A DNA stretch of 49,956 nucleotides. Origin: Vicinamibacteria bacterium. Lineage in GTDB: Bacteria > Acidobacteriota > Vicinamibacteria > Fen-336. Below the pieces are notes generated by a model. It had not been told where the DNA came from, made no database searches, and saw nothing but the letters and a program-made list of their open reading frames with translations. Positions 1-9,313 of this stretch are shown piece after piece. Positions within the stretch are counted from its first letter, which is position 1; the number at the start of each line of letters is the position of its first letter. The stretch covers positions 1 through 49,956 of the forward strand of contig DATBSL010000245.1 of the NCBI GenBank assembly GCA_036559805.1, read 5' to 3'. Position numbers and translations under genes: made by a program.

Positions 1-16
1 CCGGGCCACTGATCGT

Positions 17-2167
17 TTGGCCACGGTTTCGCCCATTGCGGGCGTGCGGGGGCAGAGAATGGGAAAGCCGCTCCGGGTGGTGGTCGTCGGCGACGAGCAC
101 GGTGCCGCCCTCCGGACAGCGACCGACCTGGAGCAGGCCGGCTACGAGCCTTCTCTCTTCCTGGCCCCGGGGGAGGCCGATCTCGAGCGGCTCGCACCGG
201 GCTGCGAGATCGTTCTCGCCTGCGCGGACGCGACGTCGCTGCCGCCGCAGCGGGTGCTCGCCCTCGCGGGTGAGCGCGGCTTCCCGCCGGTCGTCGTGAT
301 GGGCGACGCCTTCGGCGAGGACGATCTCGTCGGCTACGTGCGGGCCGGCGCCCGCGACTGCGTGCGGCGCGGTGACCTCCGGCGTCTCGAGGCGGCCGTC
401 GAGCGCGAGCGGCTGGCGGTGCGGCCGACGCTGCCCGCGCCAGCGCGGCGCGTCGACGGCGACACGGCGGAGAGCTACCGGGCGCTGATCGAGGAGATCC
501 CGGCGCTCACGTACGTCGCGTGGGCGGACGAGGCGGGCAGCCGCGCGTACGTGAGCCCGCAGCTGCTGGCGATGACCGGCTTCAGCCCCGGCGAGTGGCT
601 CGCGGAGCCCGACATGTGGGTGAGGCGGCTCCACCCCGAGGATCGCGAGCGCGTGCTACGCCAGTTCCGCGAGGCGTGCACCGTGAGCGGGCGCTTCGCG
701 AGCGAGTACCGCATCCTCGACCGCGACGGCCGTGTGGTGTGGTGGCGCGACGAGGGCCGCGTGCTGCCCGACGCGAACGGCAAGGCCCGGTTCCTGCGCG
801 GGTTCGTGCTCGACATCACCGAGCAGCGCATGGCCGAGGAGTCGCTGCGGCGGCTGCGTCTTTACGACCAGCTCACCGGGCTGCCGAACCGGATGATGCT
901 GCTGAACCGCCTCGGCCGCGCGCTCGTCGAGTCGGCGCGCACCGAACGCCCGCTCGCGCTCCTGATCCTGGCGCTCGATCGCTTCAAGGAAGTGAGCAAT
1001 ACGCTCGGCCACCACAACGCCGACCTGATCGTCCGCGACCTCGCGGCGCGCCTCGGCGATGTGCTCGGCGACGGCGACCGCGTGGCGCGCTTGCGCAGCG
1101 ACGAGTTCGGCGTGCTGCTGCCCGACGCCAACGGTTCCTTCGCGCGTCAGGTGTGCGAGCGGATACTCGCCTCGCTCGAGAAGCCGTTCGTCGTGCAATC
1201 GCTCCGGCTTCCGATCGAGGTGGGCGCGAGCGCGGGGATCGCGGTGGCTCCCGAGCACGGCACCGAGGCCGAGGGGCTGCTGCGCCGCGCCGACGCGGCA
1301 GTGCAGGCCGCGCGCCGGCTGGGCGGGGGATCGAGCGTCCTCTTCTCGTCCGAGTGCGAGCCGCACGATCCGGCCCGGCTCGCGCTGCTCAGCGAGCTGC
1401 GGCGCGCGCTCGAGAACAACGAGCTGCAGCTGCACTACCAGCCGAAGGTGGACCTCAAGACCCGCACCATCGTCGGCGCAGAGGCGCTCCTGCGCTGGAC
1501 GCACTCGCGCCACGGCTACGTGTCGCCCGCCGACTTCGTCCCGCTCGCCGAGCAGACCGGTCTGATCCGCCCGCTGACGCGCTGGGTGCTCGACCGTGCG
1601 ACCGGCGAGTCGTGCGCCTGGGCACGCGCCGGGCGGCGGCTGCCCGTGGCTGTGAACATCTCCGCGCGCAGCCTGCAGGACGAGCGGATCGTGGACGACA
1701 TCGAGGAGGCGCTGCTGACCCACGACGTGCGAGGCGAGGGCTTGCAGATCGAGGTCACGGAGAGCGCCGTCATGAACGACGCCGGCCGAGCGGCCGAGGT
1801 GCTGGCGAGCCTGACGGGGCGGGGCGTGGCCGTCTCGATCGACGACTTCGGCACCGGCTTCTCGTCGCTGGGGCTGCTGCGCCGGCTGGCGGTGAACGAG
1901 CTCAAGATCGACAAGTCGTTCGTGATCGGCATGTCCGGCGACCTTCGGGGCTCGGAGGACACGGCGATCGTGCGCTCCACTGCCGACCTGGCGCACAACC
2001 TGGGCATGACGGTCGTGGCCGAGGGGGTCGAGGACCAGTGGACGCTCGACCTGCTGTCGAGCTTCGGCTGCGACCTGGCGCAGGGCTTTCACATCGCGAG
2101 GCCGATGCCGTCGCTCGACTTCGTCTCGTGGCTGGGACAGTCGCCCTGGCGCGTGATCGAAAGTTAG
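17..2167 (+). CDS. Signalling protein: receiver-like domain, PAS, degenerate GGDEF, EAL (probable c-di-GMP phosphodiesterase)
   Basis: 716-aa ORF with high GC3. The GGDEF-domain core 'RLRSDEFGVLL' has SDEF in place of GG[DE]EF. EAL-domain motifs present: 'GAEALLRW', 'QIEVTES', 'DDFGTGFSSL', 'KIDKSF', 'VAEGVE'. PAS-like segment 'YRILDRDGRVVWWRDEG'. Start is uncertain (TTG 17, GTG 44 or ATG 59). Confidence 0.85.
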   Translation: MATVSPIAGVRGQRMGKPLRVVVVGDEHGAALRTATDLEQAGYEPSLFLAPGEADLERLAPGCEIVLACADATSLPPQRVLALAGERGFPPVVVMGDAFGEDDLVGYVRAGARDCVRRGDLRRLEAAVERERLAVRPTLPAPARRVDGDTAESYRALIEEIPALTYVAWADEAGSRAYVSPQLLAMTGFSPGEWLAEPDMWVRRLHPEDRERVLRQFREACTVSGRFASEYRILDRDGRVVWWRDEGRVLPDANGKARFLRGFVLDITEQRMAEESLRRLRLYDQLTGLPNRMMLLNRLGRALVESARTERPLALLILALDRFKEVSNTLGHHNADLIVRDLAARLGDVLGDGDRVARLRSDEFGVLLPDANGSFARQVCERILASLEKPFVVQSLRLPIEVGASAGIAVAPEHGTEAEGLLRRADAAVQAARRLGGGSSVLFSSECEPHDPARLALLSELRRALENNELQLHYQPKVDLKTRTIVGAEALLRWTHSRHGYVSPADFVPLAEQTGLIRPLTRWVLDRATGESCAWARAGRRLPVAVNISARSLQDERIVDDIEEALLTHDVRGEGLQIEVTESAVMNDAGRAAEVLASLTGRGVAVSIDDFGTGFSSLGLLRRLAVNELKIDKSFVIGMSGDLRGSEDTAIVRSTADLAHNLGMTVVAEGVEDQWTLDLLSSFGCDLAQGFHIARPMPSLDFVSWLGQSPWRVIES

Positions 2168-2183
2168 CGGCGCGGCCGCGCCG

Positions 2184-2618
2184 CTACGGCGCGGCGACCG
2201 GGCGTACGCCGGTCACCCAGTAGCCGGTTTCTCCGAAGCAGGACGGCAGCCCCAGGTGCTGCTCGTAGTGCAGCGTCACGCGTTGGCCGAGGTGCTTGTT
2301 GATCTCGGCGGCGACAAGGTCGTCGCGCAGGCTGAACGCGAAGATCTCCGGCATCGCGCCGGGCATGCTCGCGAGCGCGAGCTCGCCTTCCCAGGTCTTG
2401 CAGATCCAGCCCTTCTTCGAGAACTTCTGCACGTAGCCCGCGCGCTCGCCGCTCGAATAAGTAAAGCTCGTGGCGGCCCACAGGTAGAGCCCGGTCGCGC
2501 CGACCGCGGCGAGCACGGCGAAGACGAGCACCCGCTTCAGGCCGCGCCACGCGCGTGAGGCGAGTCGGGGGCGCGAAGCGGCCGGCGGCGGCGGCGTGAC
2601 CGGCAAGTCGCTCGACAT
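2184..2618 (-). CDS. Hypothetical membrane-anchored protein
   Basis: 144-aa ORF starting at ATG 2618, with host-like GC3. Pro/Arg-rich N-terminus followed by one TM helix (VLVFAVLAAVGATGLYLWAA). Lies 53 nt downstream of, and co-directional with, the acyl-CoA dehydrogenase gene. No family recognised. Confidence 0.6.
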   Translation of the reverse strand: MSSDLPVTPPPPAASRPRLASRAWRGLKRVLVFAVLAAVGATGLYLWAATSFTYSSGERAGYVQKFSKKGWICKTWEGELALASMPGAMPEIFAFSLRDDLVAAEINKHLGQRVTLHYEQHLGLPSCFGETGYWVTGVRPVAAP

Positions 2619-2671
2619 CGGGCCTCGCGCGGCAGTCTAGCCGCGCGCCGGCTCGCGCCGCAACCGGCGCG

Positions 2672-4561
2672 TCAGGCCTCGACGGCGACTTCCTGCTTCC
2701 GTGGCGCCGGGCGCGCGGCCGGGGCCTCGTGGCGCAGGATCCCCGCCTCGAGCCAGGCGAGCCCGCCGTCGAGCACCGACACCCCGAGCCTGTAGCGCGC
2801 GACGTCGTCGTTGCTCCACAGCTCGCGGAAGAGCTCGCGCACGCGGCGCCGTGCCTGGCGGCAGAACACGTCCGCGAGCCGCCGGGCCTCGCCCCCCTCG
2901 GGCGCGCCCCTGTCGGCGAGCGTGCGCGCACGGCTCACGCTCGCCGCCATCGCGAAGAGCTCGTTGGCGATGTCCACCAGCCGGAACAGGAACGCCTGCT
3001 TGTTCTGAAGCTTCGCCTGGTAGACCAGCATGCCGTGAAAGCTGGAGCGCGCCAGGCGCCGCGATGCGCGCTCGACGAAGCGCAGGTGCGTCGCGAGCGG
3101 ACCGAACCCGGCGTAGCGCGGCCAGAAGCCCCAGCCGAGGAAGCGCGTCGGATACCACCAGGCGTAGAAGCCCGCGATCCTCGGCAGCGCCTTGAGCTTC
3201 GCTGCGAGCGGCTGGTCGGGGTCGGCGAAGGCGCCGGCCACCTGCAGGTGGCGGTCGACCATCTCGCGCGCCATGAACAGGTGCATGATCTCGGTCGAGC
3301 CCTCGAAGATCTTGTTGATCCGGTAGTCGCGCATGATGCGCTCGACCGGAACCGGCTCCTCGCCGCGGGCCGCGAGCGACTGCTCGGTCTCGTAGCCGCG
3401 GCCGCCGCGGATCTGCATCGTCTCGTCGACGACCTCCCAGGCGCGCGCCGTGTTCCACTCCTTGGCGGCAGCGGCTTCGAGGCGGATGTCGTAGCCGCCG
3501 CGGTCGGACATCTCGGTCGCGAGGCTGGCGAGCGATTCCATCGCGAACGTCTTGGCCGCGATGTCCGAGATCTTGTGCGCGATCGCCTCGTGGCGGCCGA
3601 CGGGCTTGCCCCACTGCACGCGCGTCCCGGCCCAGCGGCGCACGATGCCGAGGCAGACCTTGACGGTGCCGACCGAGATGTTGGGGATCGAGAGCCGGCC
3701 GTCGTTGAGCGTCGTGAGCGCGATCTTCAGGCCCTTGCCCTCGCGGCCGATCAGGTTGCCCGCGGGGATCCGCACGTCTTCGAACGTCATCACGGCGTTC
3801 GCGAGCGCGCGCAGCCCCATGAAGTGGCAGCGGCGCTCGACCTTCACACCGGGCCAGTCGGTCTCGACCACGAAGGCGCTGATCCGGCGCGTTCGCGGGT
3901 CGACGGCCATCACCACCAAGAGCTTCGCGAGCGTGCCGTTCGTGGTCCAGAGCTTGGTGCCGTTGAGCAGGTAGCTCGAGCCGTCGGAGGAGAGCGCCGC
4001 GGTCGTCGCAAGCCGCGCCGGGTCGGATCCCACCTCGGGCTCGGTGAGCGCGAAGGCCGAGATCTCGCCCCTCGCGCAGCGCGGCAGGTACTCGCGCTTC
4101 AGCTCGTCCGTGCCGAAGTTGATGAGCGGCGCCGGCACGCCGATCGACTGGTGCGCCGAGAGCAGCGACGCGACGTTGCCGCAGCGGCTGCCGAGCAGCG
4201 TCATCACGCGGCCGTACTCGACGTGGCTCATGCCCAGCCCGCCGTACTCCTTCGGAATCTTGATTCCGAACGCCCCCAGCCGCCGCAGGCCGTCGAGCAC
4301 GTGCTGCGGGTACTCGCCGCTGCGGTCGATCTCGGCTGCGTCGACCTCGTCGCGCAGGAAGGCCTCGAGCTTGCCGAAGAAGGCCGTGAACTCGGCGCGG
4401 TCCTGGGCGGGCAGCGGATACGGGTAGACGAGGTCCTTGCGGAAGGTCCCCAGGAAGAGCTCGCGCATGAAGCTCGGCTGCTCCCACTCGGTCTGGCGCG
4501 CGGCCTCGGCGACCTGCAGCGACTCCTTCTCGGTGACGTGATGCGAGTTCTCGCTGGCCAT
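2672..4561 (-). CDS. Acyl-CoA dehydrogenase family protein (long form with extra C-terminal domain)
   Basis: ACAD motifs 'FALTEPEVGSD', 'RGGRGYETE' and 'YRINKIFEGSTEIM'. ATG 4561 is preceded by GGAGGGAAGG about 6 nt upstream. The track start at GTG 4579 has no SD, so I prefer 4561. Confidence 0.9.
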   Translation of the reverse strand: MASENSHHVTEKESLQVAEAARQTEWEQPSFMRELFLGTFRKDLVYPYPLPAQDRAEFTAFFGKLEAFLRDEVDAAEIDRSGEYPQHVLDGLRRLGAFGIKIPKEYGGLGMSHVEYGRVMTLLGSRCGNVASLLSAHQSIGVPAPLINFGTDELKREYLPRCARGEISAFALTEPEVGSDPARLATTAALSSDGSSYLLNGTKLWTTNGTLAKLLVVMAVDPRTRRISAFVVETDWPGVKVERRCHFMGLRALANAVMTFEDVRIPAGNLIGREGKGLKIALTTLNDGRLSIPNISVGTVKVCLGIVRRWAGTRVQWGKPVGRHEAIAHKISDIAAKTFAMESLASLATEMSDRGGYDIRLEAAAAKEWNTARAWEVVDETMQIRGGRGYETEQSLAARGEEPVPVERIMRDYRINKIFEGSTEIMHLFMAREMVDRHLQVAGAFADPDQPLAAKLKALPRIAGFYAWWYPTRFLGWGFWPRYAGFGPLATHLRFVERASRRLARSSFHGMLVYQAKLQNKQAFLFRLVDIANELFAMAASVSRARTLADRGAPEGGEARRLADVFCRQARRRVRELFRELWSNDDVARYRLGVSVLDGGLAWLEAGILRHEAPAARPAPRKQEVAVEA

Positions 4562-4672
4562 GGACCGCCTTCCCTCCACGTCGATCTTACGCCCGCGCGC
4601 GCGAGCGCCCTAAGTCCCGCGGCGCTTCGCGGTCCTTGCGGCGCGCCGGCGAGTGCCCTTAAACTGCTATCG

Positions 4673-6211
4673 TTGAAGGGCATACGCCGCCGACTCCTGG
4701 CTGTCCCGCTGCGCTCGCTGGCGTGTGTCGGCTTCGCGTCGTTCGTCGCGGCTGCCGACGCGCCCGTCACCGTCCTCACCGCCACCCAAAGACGCGAGGT
4801 CGCTGCGGTCTCGCGCGGCGAGGGCGAGATGGTCCCGGTCGACGAGGTGCTGGCAGGCCTCGGCGCCCGGCTCGTGAACGACCCGCGGGGCCAGTCGGTC
4901 ACGATCACGCGCGGAACGCACGAGCTCGTGCTGCACAACAAGAAGAGCCTCGTCTCGGTGGACGGCGATCTCAAGCTGCTGCCCGCGCCGGTCGTCCACG
5001 AGGCCGGGCGCTGGCTCGTCCCGGTGGAGGGGCTGGCGCGCGTGCTGCCGGCGCTCTTGGAGCGGCCCGTCGAGTGGCGCTCGGCGCAGCGCGTGCTGCT
5101 GATCGGGCCGGTCGCGATCCCGAGGCTCGCGGTGACGGTGTTCGCCTCGGGCGAGCTCGTGCGCGTCGTCTTCGAGGCGAGCGAGAGCGTGCCGTTCCGC
5201 GTTCAACAGGAGACGGGACGCGTGACGGTCGCGGTGGCGCGCGACGTCGTGGACGTGACGCTCCCGCCGCAGCGGCTTGCGGGCGGCATCGTGAGCGGCG
5301 TGGCTTTCCTCGGCGGGCGTGAGAACGTGTTCGCGGTCGAGCTCGGTCCGCGCTTCCAGACGCTGAAGGCCACCGAGCAGGCCGCGCCCGCGCGCCTGGT
5401 GCTCGAGCTGCAGGGCGCGCCACTCGGCATCGGCGAGCGGGCCGCGCCGGCCGTGCCGCCGCGTCCCGCCCCGCGGGCGGGCGAGGCCGACCCCGGGGTG
5501 CGGACGGTGGTGATCGACCCTGGCCACGGCGGCGAGAACCCGGGGGCGCGCGGACCCGGCGGAACGGTCGAGAAGGACATAGCGCTCGCGATCGCCCGGC
5601 GCCTGCGCTCCGAGCTCGTGAACGCGCGCGGCCTGCAGGTGTTCCTGACGCGCGACAAGGACGTCGACATGGAGCTCGACGACCGCACCGCGATCGCCAA
5701 CAACTACAAGGCCGACCTGTTCGTGTCGATCCACGCCAACGCGAGCCGGGCGCGCGGGGCGAAGGGGAGCGAGGTGTACTTCCTCTCCTACCAGGCGAGC
5801 GACGACGACTCGCGGCGCATCGCGCAGCTCGAGGGCGCCGCGGAGCCCCTGCCGGGCGCTTCGGTCGGCAGCGACCTCGCCCTGATCCTGTGGGACATGG
5901 CCCAGGCCGAGCACCTCGAGGAGAGTTCGGCGCTCGCGTCGCGGATCCAGGAGGAGCTCGCGGTCGTGACGGGCAGCGAGGGCCGCGGCGTCAAGCAGGC
6001 GCCGTTCCGCGTGCTGGTGGGCGCGGCGATGCCCGCGGTGCTGGTCGAGATCGCCTTCATCTCCAACCCCGACGAGGAGAAGCTGCTCGCCTCGGAGACC
6101 TACCAGGCCAAGATCGCGGCCTCGCTCGCGCGCGGGATCGAACGCTACAGGCGCGAGCGCACGCTGAGGCTCTCCGGTGCGCGCGCGTCCGGCTCGACCG
6201 GGCAGCCATGA
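4673..6211 (+). CDS. N-acetylmuramoyl-L-alanine amidase (AmiC-like; N-terminal stalk/AMIN-like domains plus Amidase_3)
   Basis: C-terminal part of the 2729..6211 track ORF. Amidase_3 motifs: 'VVIDPGHGGENPGARG', 'ADLFVSIHANA', 'GSEVYFLS', 'PAVLVEIAFISNP'. TTG 4673 gives a signal-like N-terminus (KGIRRRLLAVPLRSLACVGFASFVAAADA). Start is uncertain; the first ATG is at 4829. Confidence 0.85.
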   Translation: MKGIRRRLLAVPLRSLACVGFASFVAAADAPVTVLTATQRREVAAVSRGEGEMVPVDEVLAGLGARLVNDPRGQSVTITRGTHELVLHNKKSLVSVDGDLKLLPAPVVHEAGRWLVPVEGLARVLPALLERPVEWRSAQRVLLIGPVAIPRLAVTVFASGELVRVVFEASESVPFRVQQETGRVTVAVARDVVDVTLPPQRLAGGIVSGVAFLGGRENVFAVELGPRFQTLKATEQAAPARLVLELQGAPLGIGERAAPAVPPRPAPRAGEADPGVRTVVIDPGHGGENPGARGPGGTVEKDIALAIARRLRSELVNARGLQVFLTRDKDVDMELDDRTAIANNYKADLFVSIHANASRARGAKGSEVYFLSYQASDDDSRRIAQLEGAAEPLPGASVGSDLALILWDMAQAEHLEESSALASRIQEELAVVTGSEGRGVKQAPFRVLVGAAMPAVLVEIAFISNPDEEKLLASETYQAKIAASLARGIERYRRERTLRLSGARASGSTGQP

Positions 6212-6882
6212 CGCCGCGGCAGGCGAACGTCCTGACGGCCCTGGGGCTCGCCTCGCTCGCGGCCGCCGTGGCGCTCACGTCCCCGCGCTGGTCGATGCTG
6301 CTGCGCTCGCCGGCGCCGGCGGCGGAGGACGCGGCTCCCGGCGAGGCGGGGGCGGAGACGCCCGAGCCGGAGCCGCTCGCGGGGGCCACGGACCCTGCCC
6401 GCCGCATCAGCGTGCGGCTCTACTTCGAGGCCGCCGACAAGGACGGCTTGCTGCCGGAGGAGCGCGACGTCGCGTTCTCACCCGACCTGGCACAGCAGCT
6501 GCGCACCGTGGTCGAGGAGCTCGCGAAGGGGCCGACGAGCGGGCTCGTGCCGACGCTGCCCCAGGGCACGCGCGTCATCGACGTCTTCGTGCTCGCGCAC
6601 GGAGTCGCCTGCGTCAGCCTGTCGGGCGAGATCGCGGCCGGGCTTCCCGGCGGATCGCGCGCCGAGCTGCTGACGGTCTACTCGATCGTGAACACGATCG
6701 TCACCAATTTCCCGGCGGTGAGCCGCGTCCAGCTGGTGCTGAACGACCAGCTCGCGACGACGCTCGCGGGGCACGTCGACCTCGGGCGGCCGCTGCCGCC
6801 CGACATGACGCTCGTGGCTCTCGACGTGAAGCCCGAGGCGTCGCCGCAGCCGGCGGCGTCGCCGGCGTCGCACACGCCATAG
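6208..6882 (+). CDS. GerMN domain-containing protein
   Basis: ATG 6208 overlaps the amidase stop (ATGA). TM/signal segment 'VLTALGLASLAAAVAL'. GerMN-like core ('ISVRLYF..DGLLPEER', 'VIDVFV..GVACVSLS', 'LTVYSIVNTI'). Confidence 0.7.
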   Translation: MTPRQANVLTALGLASLAAAVALTSPRWSMLLRSPAPAAEDAAPGEAGAETPEPEPLAGATDPARRISVRLYFEAADKDGLLPEERDVAFSPDLAQQLRTVVEELAKGPTSGLVPTLPQGTRVIDVFVLAHGVACVSLSGEIAAGLPGGSRAELLTVYSIVNTIVTNFPAVSRVQLVLNDQLATTLAGHVDLGRPLPPDMTLVALDVKPEASPQPAASPASHTP

Positions 6883-6892
6883 GAGGACCTGC

Positions 6893-8236
6893 TTGCTGCT
6901 TTCCCTGACCGCGGCCGTTGCCCTGGGCGCCGCCCAGGCTGCCGCCGCGCCGCGGGCGGCGACCACGGAAGCCGAGCGCCTCGCACAGGAGTCCCGCGCC
7001 GCACCGGACGCGGCGCTCGCGCTCCAGAAGGCGCGGCGTGCGCTCGTGCTCACCGTGGAGTTCGTGCCGACCGAGTACGTGGCCGCGGGTCGCAAGGGCG
7101 AAGTGGTCGAGGACGAGTTCAAGGAGGCGCGGGACACCTACAAGCGGCACCGTGCGCTGCTCTACGAGGCGGTCGGCGGTGCGCTCGCGCGTCAAGGGCA
7201 GCCGCTTCCCGCGAGCCGCTACCTGCGGCGGGCCTTCGAGCTCGACCCCAGCCCCGAACGCGGCCTCGCTCTCGCGCGCGCGTTGAACGAGCTCGGGCGC
7301 GGGAGAGAAGCGCTCGCGACGGTGCAGCGCGCGATCGCCGGCCTCGTGAGCCTCACTTCCGACGCCGCCGCCGTGATCGCCCGGGCCGCCGACGTCGCGG
7401 GGCTGCCGAGCGCACAGGCCGAGATCGACCGCGGACGGCTGACGGCCGGCCTGGGCTCGCGGCTGAAGCTGCGCGAGGGGCCGTTCGAGCTGCCGCCCGG
7501 TGTCCGGCTCTCGACCAGCCCCATGTTTCGTCTCGAGGACGCCGAGGTCAACGTGCTCTACGCCGCGGAAGCGACGTGCCGGAGCTGCTCGGCCGACCTC
7601 GAGGAGCTCGGGCGCCAGGTGCCGAAGGGAGCGCGCATCCTCGCCGTCCCTCCGGGGGACGACCAGGACCAGGCGCTGCGCCAGGTGCTGGAGCTCTATC
7701 GCCGTCCGTGGCCACTGCTGCTCGCCAAGGACCTCGCGGCCCGGCTGGCGCTCCCGCCGCGGTCGCTCCTGATCGTGGCGCGCGGCGGCTGGACCCAGGC
7801 GGTGCTGACGGGGCCGTTCGACAACTCGCTGCGCGCGGCACTCGACGCCGTCCAGAGGAAGGACGTCCCGGAGACCGTCCCGCGCGCCAGCTGGAACCGG
7901 CGTCCCGTGGACAGAGCGCCGCTGCCCGCGCAGCCGTCGCTGCTCGCCGAAGGCATAGCACCCGGCGAGGACGAGCCGCTTCCGGCCGAGTTCGGGGCGG
8001 CGGTCGCCGCGTTTCGCGCCGGGCGTGCCTCGGAGGCGCAGAAGCTCTTCGACGCGCTCGAGGCGAAGGGCGACGGCTGGCTGCTGCCGCCCGAGGCGCG
8101 CCTCAACCGCGCGCTGTGCCTGTCGCGCGCCGGCCAGCGCGACGCGGCGCGGCGCATCCTGCTACGCACCGGCGACAGCCGCTTCGAGGACCAGGTGGAC
8201 CGCCTGCTCGAGACGGTCGCGGCGGGAACGAAGTAG
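6893..8236 (+). CDS. Secreted TPR-like repeat protein with a central thioredoxin-fold-like CxxC segment
   Basis: TTG 6893 is preceded by AGGAGG (6881-6886). Signal peptide 'LLSLTAAVALGAAQAAAAP'. Helical TPR-like repeats at both ends. 'CRSC' is encoded at 7577-7588. Confidence 0.6.
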   Translation: MLLSLTAAVALGAAQAAAAPRAATTEAERLAQESRAAPDAALALQKARRALVLTVEFVPTEYVAAGRKGEVVEDEFKEARDTYKRHRALLYEAVGGALARQGQPLPASRYLRRAFELDPSPERGLALARALNELGRGREALATVQRAIAGLVSLTSDAAAVIARAADVAGLPSAQAEIDRGRLTAGLGSRLKLREGPFELPPGVRLSTSPMFRLEDAEVNVLYAAEATCRSCSADLEELGRQVPKGARILAVPPGDDQDQALRQVLELYRRPWPLLLAKDLAARLALPPRSLLIVARGGWTQAVLTGPFDNSLRAALDAVQRKDVPETVPRASWNRRPVDRAPLPAQPSLLAEGIAPGEDEPLPAEFGAAVAAFRAGRASEAQKLFDALEAKGDGWLLPPEARLNRALCLSRAGQRDAARRILLRTGDSRFEDQVDRLLETVAAGTK

Positions 8237-8268
8237 GGTAGAGTCGCGGACGGAGGGTGGGACGAGAC

Positions 8269-8763
8269 ATGGCCGAAAGCGCGGTGATCGAGACGAAGTT
8301 CGGCGAGATCGAGATCGAGTTCCTGGACGACAAGGCGCCGGGCCACGTCAAGAACTTCGTCGACCTGGCGAAGAAGGGCTTCTACGACGGGAGCACCTTC
8401 CACCGGGTGATCCCCGGCTTCATGATCCAGGGCGGCTGCCCGAACACGAAAAACGCGACGGGAAGCAAGTCCGGCCACGGAACCGGCGGGCCCGGCTACA
8501 CGATCAAGGCCGAGTTCAACGACACCGCCCACAAGCGGGGCGTCGTGTCGATGGCGCGCGCGCAGGACCCGAACAGCGCGGGCTCGCAGTTCTTCGTCTG
8601 CGTCGCCGACTCGGGCTTCCTCGACCGGCAGTACACCGCCTTCGGCCGCGTGGTGCGCGGCATGGAGGTGGCCGACAAGATCGTGGGCGCTCCCCGCGAC
8701 GGCCGCGACAACCCCAACGAGCGGATCGAGATGAAGGTCCGCGTGGTGGCGCAGGGCGCCTAG
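8269..8763 (+). CDS. ppiB: Peptidyl-prolyl cis-trans isomerase, cyclophilin type
   Basis: Cyclophilin motifs 'FHRVIPGFMIQGG' and 'GSQFFV'. No signal peptide. ATG 8269 has GGAGGG about 12 nt upstream; the track start is GTG 8257. Confidence 0.9.
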   Translation: MAESAVIETKFGEIEIEFLDDKAPGHVKNFVDLAKKGFYDGSTFHRVIPGFMIQGGCPNTKNATGSKSGHGTGGPGYTIKAEFNDTAHKRGVVSMARAQDPNSAGSQFFVCVADSGFLDRQYTAFGRVVRGMEVADKIVGAPRDGRDNPNERIEMKVRVVAQGA

Positions 8764-8770
8764 CCCGGAC

Positions 8771-9313
8771 ATGGCGGAGCGGAGGGAGACCGAGGTCAAG
8801 CTCCGGCTCGAGTCGCCCGACGCGATGCGCCAGCGCCTCGCTGGCCTCGGCGCCGCGCTGGTGCGCGAGCGGCACTTCGAGGAGAACGTGCTGTTCGACA
8901 ACGCGGACGGCTCGCTGCGCGGGAACGGCAGCGTGCTGCGCCTGCGCAAGACCCCGCACTTCACCGTGCTCACGCTCAAGGGCCCGCACGAGGTCGCGGG
9001 AGGGTTCAAGACGCGCGAGGAGCGCGAGACGAAGGTCGAGTCCGCGGAGGTGGTCCACGCGATCCTGAGCAACCTCGGCTACCGGCCGGTGTTCCGCTAC
9101 CAGAAGTACCGCGAGAGCTGGTCGCACCGCGGCCAGGAGATCGAGGTGGACGAGACCCCGATCGGCTGCTTCCTCGAGATCGAAGGCGACCCCGAGGGCA
9201 TCGCCGCCGTCGCAAGCGAGCTCGGCTACTCGCCATCGGACTGGGTGGCCGAGTCCTACATCGGCCTGTTCCTGGCCGGCGGCGGTCAAGGAGACATGGT
9301 CTTCCCGAGATGA
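8771..9313 (+). CDS. CYTH domain protein (class IV adenylate cyclase / triphosphate tunnel metalloenzyme family)
   Basis: N-terminal 'ETEVKLRL' (ExExK signature), 'LRLR', 'EIEVDE', 'FLEIEG'. Size of 180 aa is typical of CyaB-like CYTH proteins. Confidence 0.75.
   Translation: MAERRETEVKLRLESPDAMRQRLAGLGAALVRERHFEENVLFDNADGSLRGNGSVLRLRKTPHFTVLTLKGPHEVAGGFKTREERETKVESAEVVHAILSNLGYRPVFRYQKYRESWSHRGQEIEVDETPIGCFLEIEGDPEGIAAVASELGYSPSDWVAESYIGLFLAGGGQGDMVFPR

Noticed and set aside
656-2092. 478-aa minus-strand ORF antisense to the GGDEF/EAL gene, plus the overlapping plus-strand 567-aa ORF at 520..2223
   Set aside because: Typical high-GC shadow ORFs. The sequences are rich in Arg, Ala, Pro and Gly and carry no recognisable domains. 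The plus-strand frame from 17 carries clear PAS, GGDEF and EAL motifs.
2729-4660. N-terminal roughly 640 aa of the 1160-aa plus-strand ORF 2729..6211
   Set aside because: This part is antisense to the well-supported acyl-CoA dehydrogenase and has a non-protein-like composition. Only the C-terminal part (from about 4673) is the amidase gene. The long ORF exists only because no stop codon occurs in that frame.
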